Source of the DNA: Thelocarpon superellum
Taxonomy: Eukaryota
Length of the DNA: 20,000 nt
Direction of reading: 5' to 3'
Assembly (NCBI GenBank): GCA_026025795.1
Contig: JAPEUG010000030.1
Location: 61,562 to 81,561 of the forward strand
The notes under the pieces were generated by a model. The model worked only from the letters and a program-made list of their open reading frames with translations. It did no database searches and had not been told where the DNA came from. Shown here one piece after another: positions 9,029 through 20,000 of this stretch (positions are counted from its first letter, which is position 1; each line of letters begins with the position of its first letter). Position numbers and translations under genes: made by a program.

Positions 9029-9144
9029 AACCGATCCGCCGACAAAGATGTGCATGTGCTTCAACCACACCCCAAACGCCGGCGCTATGCCTGCCACACT
9101 ACGCTACGCAAACGCACCCAAAGGACCACCCGTGACCATCCTTT

Positions 9145-10248
9145 TTATCGACCCACCCCCCCAACGCGGATCCCGCGGCGGCCGCCCGTCCATGAGGTCG
9201 CCGCCGCGGCCGAGGACGAATCGGTGGCCGTCGAGCTGGAAGTATTCCTCGACCCGCCCCCTCGATTCTCATAGTCCCGCCAGAGCGTGCGGATAGTCTC
9301 CAGGACGTGCAGGTCGGCGACGACGTACTCTCCTGAGAAAGCGTCATCCCTTGGCTCGGGTGGGAGGGACTCTGCACCCTCGTCCTCCTCTCCGCTCTCG
9401 GCCTCGATCGAGACGGTCGCCTCTTCTGCCAAGAGATTTTGCAGCTCAATCTCTTCGGTCAGGAGCGCGTCCGAGCGAAGCACCCCACGTTCCTCCGAGT
9501 CGTGGTCCTGACCGCTCACCAACTCGTCATCTCCGGACGCTCGACCTCCCGAGGATGAGAGGCTGCGGAGATCCTGGCGCTTGATGACCACTGCCAGCAT
9601 GACCAGCTGTAGGCCGAGGACGAGTAGGTCGAGCGTGACGAGATGAAGCTTCGACGTTGGGCCTTGCTGCCCGACGAAATCCATGATCAAACTCCCGTGA
9701 AGATATCCGCGACTGGCCTCGCCCGCCTCCGGTCGTGCGTAGATGAGGTGCAGAAGGAGGCAAATGGCGTTGGTCCCGCAGATGGCGCCCACGTACGGAG
9801 AGGGGCGGGGCATCTCCGGGACAAAGGCCGGCTTGGGTGTGAGGTAGTAGAGCTGGATCAAACAGCGAAGGAGGAAGCGGACGAAGGAGCAGCTATCGCA
9901 GCGACGCGTTAACCCGGGGCCAGCCAGAGAACACAAGACGGCTTACTCCATGTAATACAAGATGGAGAACTCGCAGTACAGTAGCAAGTCCAGGCTCCGG
10001 ATCAGGTGCTCCAGAAATTCCAGTCGTTTGACCTTCTCCGTGTCTCTCCAGCTGAATGGTGGGATGATAATGGCATCCGCAACCGCATCCGCGTCCGCGT
10101 CTGCGTCCGCGTCTGCGTCCGCGTCCGCATCAAGCCTCGCCACCATCTCCACACCAGGAGAGTCTGGTCCAGCTTCGCCATGCTCATCTCCAGCTACATC
10201 CACTGGGTGAGGCAGCTCTGACGACGGCGCCGGCGGTTCATCGTTCAT
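9145..10248 (-). CDS. DUF1746-domain membrane protein, Dsc4/DscD-like subunit of the Golgi Dsc E3 ligase complex. Exons 10248-9947 and 9892-9145; 349 aa
   Basis: ATG at 10248 (MNDEPP). Intron 9946-9893 (GTAAGC..GTTAAC..TAG) gives LIRSLDLLLYCEFSILYYMDCSFVRFLLR. Also PEAGEASRGYLHGSLIMDFVGQ, LVTLDLLVLGLQLVM and QDHDSEERG, as recalled for fungal DUF1746 proteins. Confidence 0.8.
10084..10131 (-). repeat. Coding hexamer repeat, 8 units, encoding (Asp-Ala)8
   Basis: Eight consecutive cgcgtc/tgcgtc/cgcatc units on the + strand. Confidence 0.9.
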
Positions 10249-10795
10249 CTCTTGGGTGCACTCATCTATCCGGACTAGACGAGCCCTGCGCGGGTACCCA
10301 ACGTGAATGAGACTGCGCCCGACATACACCCACGGCGAGAATATCGTCACGAGTGCGTGCCTCGACTTTCTCGGTTCTCAGGTCTCCTGGAAATGGAGGT
10401 GAGGGTAGTTCTCCATGGGCGACGGGACATATGCTGATTGACTGTAGCCTTAGGTAAGGCGCTTGCTGGCGTTTCGAGCGGCAACCTGAAAGCCAAAAAG
10501 CTTCAGTTTTTGTTCCATCACCTTAGGATCTTTCCACCACCACCACCGCCACCAGTCCAGGGCGAGAGATCGATCCTTCCGTGGCCATTCCGGCCAAGGT
10601 CACTTACAACCTGGAGAGTAGCGGACGGACCATTCTCTGCAAAAGTTACCGTCGCCCTCGAAATCCTAGCTCTTGGTGCGGCTGCGGGACAAGGGTCACA
10701 TTTCCTCCAGCCCACCAACTCATACCACGGTTTGACGCCCACCCTTCAGACATTGGCGCAAACGTCGCCGAGCGCAGTCCCACCATCTGCACAGC
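10249..10795. promoter_or_regulatory. Divergent intergenic region (547 bp) shared by the DUF1746 gene and BRR2
   Basis: Head-to-head ATGs at 10248 (-) and 10796 (+). Contains a (CCA)n tract near 10534-10554. Confidence 0.55.
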
Positions 10796-13700
10796 ATGGG
10801 CGACCCTCGCGATGTCTCGCAGTACAAGTACTCGGCCATGTCCAACCTGGTCCTCCAGGCAGACCGACGCTTTGTGACCCGGCGGAACGATGAAGTCACT
10901 GGGGACCCCGAGTCACTTGCTAGTCACATCAGCATCCGGGACATGGGCTCACGCATCGGCCGCGAGCGTGCGCCCCAGGCCAAGAAGAAAGCCACGGGCC
11001 CGACTGGAGTCGAGCGAGGTGCCATCCGGGAGGGCGAGGATGTTTTGGAGCGAGAGCAGAAGAAGCGCAAGCGTGGTGAGCCCGCCCAGCTCCGAGGCAC
11101 CGGCATCTTGTCAGCCGCCGACGCTCTGATCGAGGGCATCCGTTATCGACCACGTACGCCCGCCACCCGCGCCACCTACGACCTCATCCTGACCACCGTG
11201 GCCAACAATCTGGGCGACGTGCCTCACGACGTTGTCCGGAGTGCAGCCGATGCCGTGCTCGAGACTCTCAAGGAAGATAATATGAAGGACTTTGATAAGA
11301 AGAAAGAAGTGGACGACCTCCTGGGCAGCACCATGGGCTCGAAAGAGTTCAACGAGCTTGTCAACCTCGGTAAGAAGATCACCGACTACGACGCCCAGGA
11401 TGAGGACGAGAACATGGGCGGCGCCGGCATGGACGGGCCTGAGGTAGGATCTGATCTAGACGAGCGACAAGGCGTCGCCGTTGTCTTTGACGAGTCCGAC
11501 GAGGAGGATGAAGACGGTGTGGCCCGGACCTTCGAGGTGCGAGACGAAGATGAGTCGTCCGAGGACGACGCTGATGTCGAGGATCGGCCTGGGGAGGAAG
11601 AAGCCGCCACAGCGGGCGGCGCGGCAGAGGACCGTGCTCTGGACGAGGGCGAGGGATCAGACGGCGAGGGGATGGTCATCGATGGAGGTTTGAATGGCAC
11701 GCGCGCCGCGCCCTCCCACCGGAAGGACGACGTCTACATCCCGGCGCGGGAGATCGATGCATTCTGGCTGCAGCGCCAGATCGGTCACATCTACACCGAT
11801 GCACATGTTCAACAGACCAAGACCCAGGAGGCGCTTCAGACGCTGACCGGCGAGAGTGACGACGGCGAAGGCAAGCCGCTGCGAGAGATAGAGAACGAGC
11901 TCATGGAGCTGTTTGACTACGAACACCATGAGCTCGTCCGCAAGCTGATCACTAACAAGGATAAGATTGTGTGGTTGACCCGTCTGGCCAAGGTCGACGA
12001 CGCAGACGCGCGTGGTCTGATCGAGCGGGAGATAGTGGCTGAAGGTCATCGGACCCTCCTGGATGAGCTCTATAGCGCCGACGAACGAGGGGGCGAGCCC
12101 GTCGCCGGTCCACAGAGCAAGAAGATGAAGCTGGACCTGGCCAACCTGCAGGTGCCCGCCACGCAACAGGGGGACCTCGACGCCAAGGGCGACCAGGCCA
12201 AGGGTGGAGCCCTTATGGGTGGGCTCCAGCCTCGCCGCTTGATCAACCTTGAGAACCTCGTCTTCGATCAGGGCAACCACCTGATGACAAACCCCAACGT
12301 CAAGCTCCCGCAGGGATCCACCAAGCGGACCTTCAAAGGCTACGAAGAGATCCACGTGCCCGCACCGACGCGCAAGGCTGGGGCGGACGAGCCGAAGAAC
12401 ATTCCGACGACCCAGCTGCCCGAGTGGGCCCGAGAGCCATTCAAGTCGTCCAAGGAGCTGAATCGGATCCAGACGCGTTGCTTTCCCGCCGCCTTCAATG
12501 ACGATGGCAACATGTTGATCTGTGCCCCGACCGGCTCAGGCAAGACCAACGTGGCCATGCTCACCATCCTGCGCGAGATTGGCAAGAATCGTAACCCGGA
12601 GACGGGCGAAATCCATCTGGATGACTTCAAGATCGTCTACATTGCCCCCTTGAAGGCCTTGGTGCAGGAGCAAGTCGGCAACTTTGGCGCCCGTTTGAAG
12701 CCCTATGGCATCCAGGTCTCGGAGTTAACGGGCGATCGGCAGCTCACCAAGCAACAGATCGCCGACACTCAGATCATCGTGACCACGCCAGAGAAGTGGG
12801 ATGTCATCACGCGCAAGGCGACCGACATGAGCTATACCAACCTCGTCCGTCTGATCGTCATAGACGAGATCCACCTCCTGCACGACGACCGTGGTCCCGT
12901 GATCGAGAGCATCGTCAGCCGCACGATCCGCAAGATTGAGCAGACGGGCGACCCCGTGCGGCTGATCGGCCTCAGCGCCACCCTCCCCAACTATCGCGAC
13001 GTGGCCAGCTTCCTGCGCGTCGATCCCATCCACGGCCTCTTTCACTTCGACGGCTCGTATCGGCCGTGCCCGCTCAAGCAGGAGTTCATTGGCGTCACGG
13101 ACAAGAAGGCGATCAAGCAGCTGAAGACGATGAACGATGTTGCCTACACCAAGGTCATGGAACAGGTTGGGGCCAACAAGCAGCAGATGCTCATCTTCGT
13201 GCACTCGCGCAAGGAGACGGCCAAGACGGCGCGCTACATCCGGGACAAAGCGCTCGAGCTCGAGACCATCGGGCAGATCCTCCGCAGTGACGCGGCCAGC
13301 CGCGAGATCTTGAACGAGGAGGCGGACAGCGTGTACGACCGCGACCTCAAAGATCTGCTACCCTACGGCTTCGGCATCCACCATGCCGGGATGAATCGCG
13401 CCGACCGCACCAGCGTCGAGGATCTCTTCAGCCAGGGCAACATTCAGGTGCTGGTGTGCACGGCCACGCTGGCGTGGGGTGTGAACCTGCCCGCGCACGC
13501 CGTCGTCATCAAGGGCACGCAGATCTACTCGCCGGAGAAGGGGAGCTGGGTCGAGCTCAGCCCGCAAGATGTGCTGCAGATGTTGGGCCGGGCGGGTCGT
13601 CCGCAATACGATTCGTGGGGCGAGGGCATCATCATCACCACGCAGTCGGAGATGCAGTATTATCTGTCCCTGATGAACCAGCAACTGCCCATCGAGAGTC

Positions 13701-16700
13701 AGTTCATGAGCAAGCTGGCCGACAACCTCAACGCCGAGATTGTGCTCGGCAACGTGCGGACGCGTGACGAGGCCGTCGAGTGGCTGGGCTACACCTATCT
13801 CTTTGTGCGGATGCTACGCGCCCCGGGCCTGTACAGCGTCGGGGCCGAGTATGAGAACGACGAGGCGCTGGAGCAGAAGCGCGTCGACCTCGTCCACTCC
13901 GCCGCCACGGTGCTGGAGAAATCCAACCTGGTCAAGTATGAGAAGAAATCGGGCCGGCTGCAGGCGACGGAGCTCGGCCGGATCGCGTCCCATTACTACA
14001 TCACGCACACGTCCATGCTCACGTACAACCACCACATCCAGCCCGCCATCACGCCCATCGAGCTGTTCCGCGTCTTTGCCCTCAGCGAGGAGTTCAAATA
14101 CATCCCCGTCCGTCAAGACGAGAAGCTCGAGCTGGCCAAGCTCCTCGGCCGCGTGCCCATCCCGGTCAAGGAGAGCATTGAGGAGCCGCACGCCAAGATC
14201 AACGTCCTCCTGCAGGCTTACATCTCGCGACTCAAGCTCGAGGGCTTGGCGTTGATGGCCGATCTCGTCTATGTCACCCAGTCCGCCGGCCGCATCCTCC
14301 GCGCCATCTTCGAGATCACGTTGAAGAAGGGGTGGTCGTCGGTGGCCAAGACGGCCCTGGATCTATGCAAGATGGCGGAGAAGCGCATGTGGCCGACCAT
14401 GTCGCCGCTCCGCCAATTTCCCACCTGCCCTCGCGATATCATTCAGAAGGCCGAGCGCATCGAGGTGCCGTGGACGAGCTACTTTGACCTCGACCCCCCA
14501 CGCATGGGCGAGTTGCTGGGCATGCCCAAAGCGGGCAAGACGGTATGTGCGTTGGTGCAGAAGTTTCCACGTGTGGAGGTGCAGGCGCAGGTGCAGCCGA
14601 TGACGCGGTCGATGTTACGGGTGGAGCTGACCATCACGCCCACCTTTGAGTGGGACGCGGCGATGCATGGCACGGCCGAGGTCTTCTGGATCATCGTCGA
14701 GGATTGCGATGGCGAGGACATCCTCTTCCACGACCAATTCGTGCTGCGCCAAGCCTACGCGGAGTCGGAGATGAATGAGCATCTGGTGGAGTTCACGGTG
14801 CCGCTGACGGAGCCGATGCCACCCAATTGCTTCATCACCGTCGTCTCGGACCGATGGATGCACGCCGAGACCAAGCTGGCCGTGTCCTTTCAGAAGCTCA
14901 TCCTCCCCGAGAAGTTTCCGCCGCACACGCCGCTACTGGATCTGCAGCCGCTCCCGATCACGGCGCTCAAGAATCCATCTTTCACCAAGCTCTACCCGGA
15001 CTGGGTTCGCTTCAACAAGATTCAAACCCAGGTGTTCAACTCGCTGTACACGACCGACGAAAACGTCTTCGTCGGGGCGCCGACGGGCAGTGGGAAGACG
15101 GTGTGTGCCGAGTTTGCCCTGCTCCGTCATTGGTCGAAGCCCAACGTCGGCCGCGCCGTATACGTCGCACCTTTCCAGGAGCTGGTCGACCAGCGCCTGG
15201 CGGATTGGACCGAGCGCCTGAGTGGGATTGGCGGAGGCAAGACCGTGGTGAAGCTGACGGGCGAGACGACAGCGGACCTCAAGATCCTGGAGAAGGGCGA
15301 TCTGATCCTAGCGACGCCCAGTCAGTGGGATGTGCTGTCACGACAGTGGCAACGGCGCAAGAATGTGCAGACGGTGCAGCTGTTCATCGCCGATGAGCTG
15401 CATCTGCTCGGTGGGCAGGGCGGCTACGTGTACGAGATCATCGTGTCACGGATGAACTACATTGCGCTGCAGACGGAGAACAAGATGCGGCTCATCGGGC
15501 TGAGCGTATCGCTATCCAACGCGCGCGACCTGGGCGAGTGGGTGGGGGCGACGAAGCACACGATCTACAACTTCAGCCCGCACACACGACCGGTGCCGCT
15601 GGAGCTCCACGTCCAGTCCTTTACCATCCCGCACTTTCCCTCGCTCATGCTCGCCATGGCCAAGCCGGTGTATTACGCTATCACGCAGATGTCCGCGGAA
15701 AGGCCGGCCATCGTCTTTGTGCCGAATCGCAAGCAGGCACGGTCGTCGGCGGCGGATCTGCTAGCCGCGTGCGTCGCGGACGACGACGAGGACCGCTTCC
15801 TCCATGCGCCGCTCGAGGAGATTGCGCCGCTGTTGCATCACGTCGGCGAGCGCGCTCTCCGGGATTCGCTCTCGCACGGCATCGGATACTATCATGAAGC
15901 CTTGACGGTGCGCGACCGACGGATCGTGCATAATCTCTTTGTCAGCGGCAAGATTCAGGTCTTGTTGGCGTCGCGCGACGTGTGCTGGGAAATGGATTGC
16001 TCGGCGTATCTGGTGATCGTGATGGGCACGCAATTCTTTGAGGGTCGCGAGCATCGCTACGTCGACTACCCGCTGAGCGAGGTGCTCCAGATGTTTGGCA
16101 AGGCCAGTCGACCGCTCGAGGACAAGGGGAGCAAGGGCGTGCTGATGGTGCCGGCGGTCAAACGGGAGTACTACAAGAAGTTCCTGCACGAAGCGCTGCC
16201 GATCGAGAGCCATCTGCAATTGTACCTTCACGATGCCTTCGTCTCGGAGATCAGCACCAAGATGATCGCATCGACGCAAGATGCGGTGGACTGGACGACG
16301 TACACCTACTTTTACCGACGGCTGTTGGCCAACCCAAGCTACTACAGCCTGACGGACACGACGCAGGAGGGATTGAGCGCGCACCTGTCGGAGCTGGTGG
16401 AGACGACGCTGAAGGATCTGGTGGAGGCGAAGATTGTCGATCTGGACGAGGAGGACGACACGGTGACGCCGCTGCACGCAGCCATGATTGCGGCCTACTA
16501 CAACATCTCCTTCATCACGATGCAGACGTTCCTGTTGTCCCTGACGGGCCGGACAAAGCTGAAGGGGATCCTCGAGATTGTCACGTCCGCGACGGAGTTT
16601 GAGAGCATCCAGATCCGACGACATGAGGAGCCGGTGCTCCGACGCATCTACGACCGCGTGCCGGTCAAGATGGCCAACGCCAGCTATGAGTCGCCGCACT

Positions 16701-17653
16701 TCAAGGCGTTTGTGCTGATGCAAGCCCACTTCTCTCGCATGCAGCTCCCGGCGGATCTGGCCAAGGACCAGGAGCTGATCCTCTCCAAGGTGCTGAATCT
16801 GCTCAGCGCCTGCGTGGACGTCTTGGCGAGCGAGGGCCACCTCAACGCGACGAGCGCCATGGAGATGTCGCAGATGGTGGTGCAAGCCATGTGGGACCGC
16901 GACAGCCCGTTGATGCAGATTCCCCATTTCACGTCGGAGATGGTGCAAGCAGCGAAAAGGTTCAAGTGCGTCATCTCTGCTCTCTCCTCCTCTCCACCGC
17001 CCGGGACAGAAGACAGGATGCTGACGAAATAACACAGAATCGAAACCATCTTCGACTTCATGGACGCCATGGACCCCGACGAGAACCCGGAGCAGTACAA
17101 GAAGCTGATCGAGCGGTTGGGTCTCAACGGGGCGCAACTGCGCGACGCCGCCGTCTTTACCAACACAAAGTACCCGTCGATCGAGCTCGAGTTCGAGGTG
17201 TTGGATCCGACGAACATCGCGGCCGGGTCGCCGGCCTACCTCTCCATCACGCTCACGCGGGAGGTTGACGACGACGACCGGTCGAATGAGGCTGAAATCG
17301 ACACCACCGTGCACGCGCCCTTCTACCCTCTGTCATCCACATCCCTTTCCGCCACCGCCAACGCCCCTTCGTCCGCGGTGAAACAAGGCAAGCAAGAAAA
17401 CTGGTGGATAGTTATTGGCATGGAGGCGACCAAGACGCTGTTGGCGATCAAGCGGGTTAGCGTGGGCCGCAAGTTGCAGATGAAGCTGGAATTTACGGTG
17501 CCGGAGCCTGGAGAGCACAAGCTCAAGTGCTTGCTCATGTCTGATTCCTACCTCGGCGTTGATCAGGATCCAGACTTTGACGTTGTCGTTGCTGAGGGGG
17601 AGGATGATGACGAGGACGACGAGGAGGAGGAGGAGGGGGGGGATGAGGAGTGA
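10796..17653 (+). CDS. BRR2: U5 snRNP 200 kDa spliceosomal helicase Brr2 (two Ski2-like helicase/Sec63 cassettes). Exons 10796-16965 and 17038-17653; 2261 aa
   Basis: N-terminal QYKYSAMSNLVLQADRR. First cassette APTGSGKT, DEIH, LSAT, QMLGRAGRPQYD. Second cassette APTGSGKT, DELH, LSVS. Intron 16966-17037 (GTGCGT..GCTGAC..CAG) joins KRFK to IETIFDFM. C-terminal LMSDSYLGVDQ and acidic tail. Confidence 0.97.
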
Positions 17654-17749
17654 TGGCGCGCTTAGATTGACGGATGATGAATGTGACGCTGCTTCTCTTT
17701 CTCCCTTTTGCTTCTTCTGCTTCTTCTTTCGCTCTAGAGTTACGTCACG

Positions 17750-18751
17750 TCAAGAAGAGTACCCAGCCGCCCAGGCATGTGCATATACGCGCATACCCGC
17801 CAACATCCCCAGGGTCTTCTGCGGGTGCCAGCCGAGCAAGGTCTTCGCACGGGTACTGTCGCCAATCAGCACTCCGCTGAAGGCCTGCGCAAAAACATTT
17901 CCCTCCCTGCTCGTGAACTCCACTTTCCCCGTATACCCCAGCTCCTTGGCCGCCGCGAGGAAGATGCCCGCCAGACTCTCCACGGACGTACAGAAGTCGA
18001 AGACGGGATAGGGGGAGGAGGAGGAGTGGAACGGGGTGGGGAAAGGCGGCGAGGAAAACAGCTCGATCTTATCCACCAGCGCCGTGTAGGCCGTCGCCAG
18101 ATCCTCGACGTGCACGAGACTGGTCACGGCGGCGGGATCGACGGGAATGCCCACCTCCGGCGCCTCACTCTTGGCCGCGTCGAATAAGGGCGCCAGGAAC
18201 ATGGTGAAGATGGAGGACGAGGCACCGTACACGATGCCCGGGCGCACGACGACGGCATTGAGCACGTCTCGGGCCTGCAGGATCTTCTGCTCCAGCGCCG
18301 GCCGCCAGGCGGTGATATCCGCGCCGGGGGTCTTGGCGCCAAACTCGGCCCCGACGACGTCCAGATCCGACACGCGCTCCGCCGACGACCCGTGCACCCA
18401 CATCCCGCTCGTGTAGATGAAGGCGAGCTTGTGCGGGTACCGCCCCGCCTTCTCCTGCGCCGCCAGCCGCGCTCGCCCGGCCGCGATGACGTCCGCGAGG
18501 ATCTGCGTCGAGCCGTCGTTGGCGCCCGTGGTGTCGATGACCACGTCGATCCGCTCGCTCTCGATCAGGGCGACGTAGGCCGCGGACGAGTCGTGGGAGC
18601 CTTCCACCGGGATGATCTCTTGCTTGGATAGCGACTGCGCTTTCTGGCTGCTTCGGGCCAGGCCGTATACTTCGTGGTTGGCGCGGATCAGCGCGAGAGC
18701 TACGGCGTTACCGACGTAGCCTGTGGCGCCCAGCACGAGGATGCGAGGCAT
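17750..18751 (-). CDS. NAD(P)-binding Rossmann-fold protein, atypical SDR / epimerase-dehydratase-like, 333 aa
   Basis: ATG at 18751 (MPRILVLGATGYVG, GxxGxxG). Motifs VYGLARS, FIYTSGMWVHG, VVVRPGIVYG, VHVEDLA and AKTLLGWHP. The ORF-track start at 18892 is a non-ATG upstream extension. Confidence 0.88.
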   Translation of the reverse strand: MPRILVLGATGYVGNAVALALIRANHEVYGLARSSQKAQSLSKQEIIPVEGSHDSSAAYVALIESERIDVVIDTTGANDGSTQILADVIAAGRARLAAQEKAGRYPHKLAFIYTSGMWVHGSSAERVSDLDVVGAEFGAKTPGADITAWRPALEQKILQARDVLNAVVVRPGIVYGASSSIFTMFLAPLFDAAKSEAPEVGIPVDPAAVTSLVHVEDLATAYTALVDKIELFSSPPFPTPFHSSSSPYPVFDFCTSVESLAGIFLAAAKELGYTGKVEFTSREGNVFAQAFSGVLIGDSTRAKTLLGWHPQKTLGMLAGMRVYAHAWAAGYSS

Positions 18752-18949
18752 AGTGAGGATGGTTCGGTGTGCAGTGAGTGGGTGGGGAGGCGGGGTAAGG
18801 TGGAGGAAGAGGGAAGGTTCAGGTGACCACGGGAGATATGGCGGAGCTGTCAAAGGTGACTTTGACAGATTGGAGGGGGACGGCTGATCCAATGTTGACG
18901 GAAGCCAGGAGATAATGGATAAGTAGGAGGGGCAAAGTAGAACGGACGC

Positions 18950-18956
18950 TTATATA
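18950..18956 (-). promoter_or_regulatory. Putative TATA box of the SDR gene
   Basis: TATATAA on the minus strand about 200 nt upstream of ATG 18751, followed by a CT-rich leader. Confidence 0.5.
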
Positions 18957-19054
18957 TGAGTACATTCATCTACCCCTCACTCCCATCGGCAACTATGTCC
19001 AGGAGACATCCGCGTACGCGTGCGATCATTCGTAGTTACAATGTCCGGGTATGT

Positions 19055-19089
19055 CCACTTCCCACTTCCCACTTCCCACTTCCCGCTTC
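19055..19089. repeat. Heptamer tandem repeat (CCACTTC)x5, last copy CCGCTTC
   Basis: ccacttc ccacttc ccacttc ccacttc ccgcttc, read directly. Confidence 0.9.
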
Positions 19090-20000
19090 TCCAAGGTCGG
19101 GCGTCCGAGAGCCCGATCTGCCGATCAACCAGTCGGAGTCAGTGGCGGAACACTGTTTAGCCCGGAATGCGAGGTTAACTCCTGGTGCGGGGGTGGAGGC
19201 CGGAGTTAATGCGGCGGGGCATGAGAAGCAAAGCGTTAGGCCACGCAAAATTAGCGGTCTCGTGAATGTCAATACCTTACTTTGTGAGAACTGCATTTCG
19301 ATTCTACCCGGTCTATTGTACGTGGCGGGGACTTGAGGTCGATGATTGTGATCATGGGTTATTTTTCGTCTCGAAGACCTTCTGGAGGTGTTCAGGATGG
19401 TATTTGTCATTGTGTTCTATTGAAGCCCCTCTCGACAAATGCTATGAAGCACTTCGTCCCAAGGTATTCTCTACCAAGGACGCTGAGGCGGGGCGCTCGC
19501 TAACTTTCACAAAGGGTTTGGAGGCGGCAACCAGCGGATGGACAGTAGCCGTAGTGGTCGGACCCGAGACTATCTCACCGACCGCGATACTCGTGTTCAC
19601 CTTTGTCTCCTCTTTACCAGGAGCTTTTTGTCCACGTAAGAGACACAAAAGTGAGCTCAAGTTGCCTTATTCTGTAGACGTAATCTAATATCTTATACTC
19701 GTGAACCGTACGGTGTTCTCCCTCTCCGTTGTCTTCTCTATTCTCAACATCCATCCTAATCATTCCTGCCTTTTTGGAACGGTGGTGTTGGTTGAACGAA
19801 CCCTTTCTCCCACATCTCGGCAATTCAGACCATCGTCCGTTCGAAAGGTACACCCCTTCTCGTCCATGGGGGGGCCTACATGATCGAAAGAGTCCGGCGT
19901 CAAGATGTTGAAAAGATTGACATCCTTATCAGCGGTGATCCTCTCAGCGACCTAGCCCAGTGCACATCCTTCTGGATGATGACCGATGCATTAGCCCCGT

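Noticed and set aside
15070..16120. Degenerate motifs in the second Brr2 helicase cassette (SVS, FGKASR)
   Set aside because: The C-terminal cassette is known to be catalytically inactive in Brr2 orthologues, so this is normal.
16966..17059. Apparent split of BRR2 into two ORFs (2078 aa and 197 aa)
   Set aside because: Explained by a canonical 72-nt intron (16966-17037), not a frameshift or gene fission.
15761..17314. 517-aa antisense ORF (and other antisense ORFs within BRR2)
   Set aside because: Lies opposite BRR2; expected shadow of GC3-biased codon usage and has no recognisable motifs.
19055..19089. Interstitial telomere or CRISPR-like array
   Set aside because: The unit is not TTAGGG, there are no spacers and the context is eukaryotic; it is a simple tandem repeat.

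Overview
Intron-containing, GC-rich genomic DNA from a filamentous ascomycete (Pezizomycotina-like). Most of the window is conserved housekeeping genes: DUS2 tRNA-dihydrouridine synthase (+), a multi-TM alpha/beta-hydrolase-fold protein (-, 1 intron), PPE1 PP2A methylesterase (+, 3 introns), a DUF1746/Dsc4-like membrane protein (-, 1 intron), the spliceosomal helicase BRR2 (+, 1 intron) and an atypical NAD(P)-binding SDR (-). An accessory-looking interval of about 4 kb (approx. 3500-7500) interrupts the block. It holds an intact secreted 8-Cys protein whose motifs match the KP4 killer-toxin family (4782-5297), a convergent Ser/Pro-rich plus 10-Cys reading frame split by one in-frame TGA (5620-6615), a cluster of hairpins and a stop-interrupted remnant frame. 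The KP4-like gene and its neighbour are the most interesting part. All family assignments come from motif recognition by eye; no database search was run.
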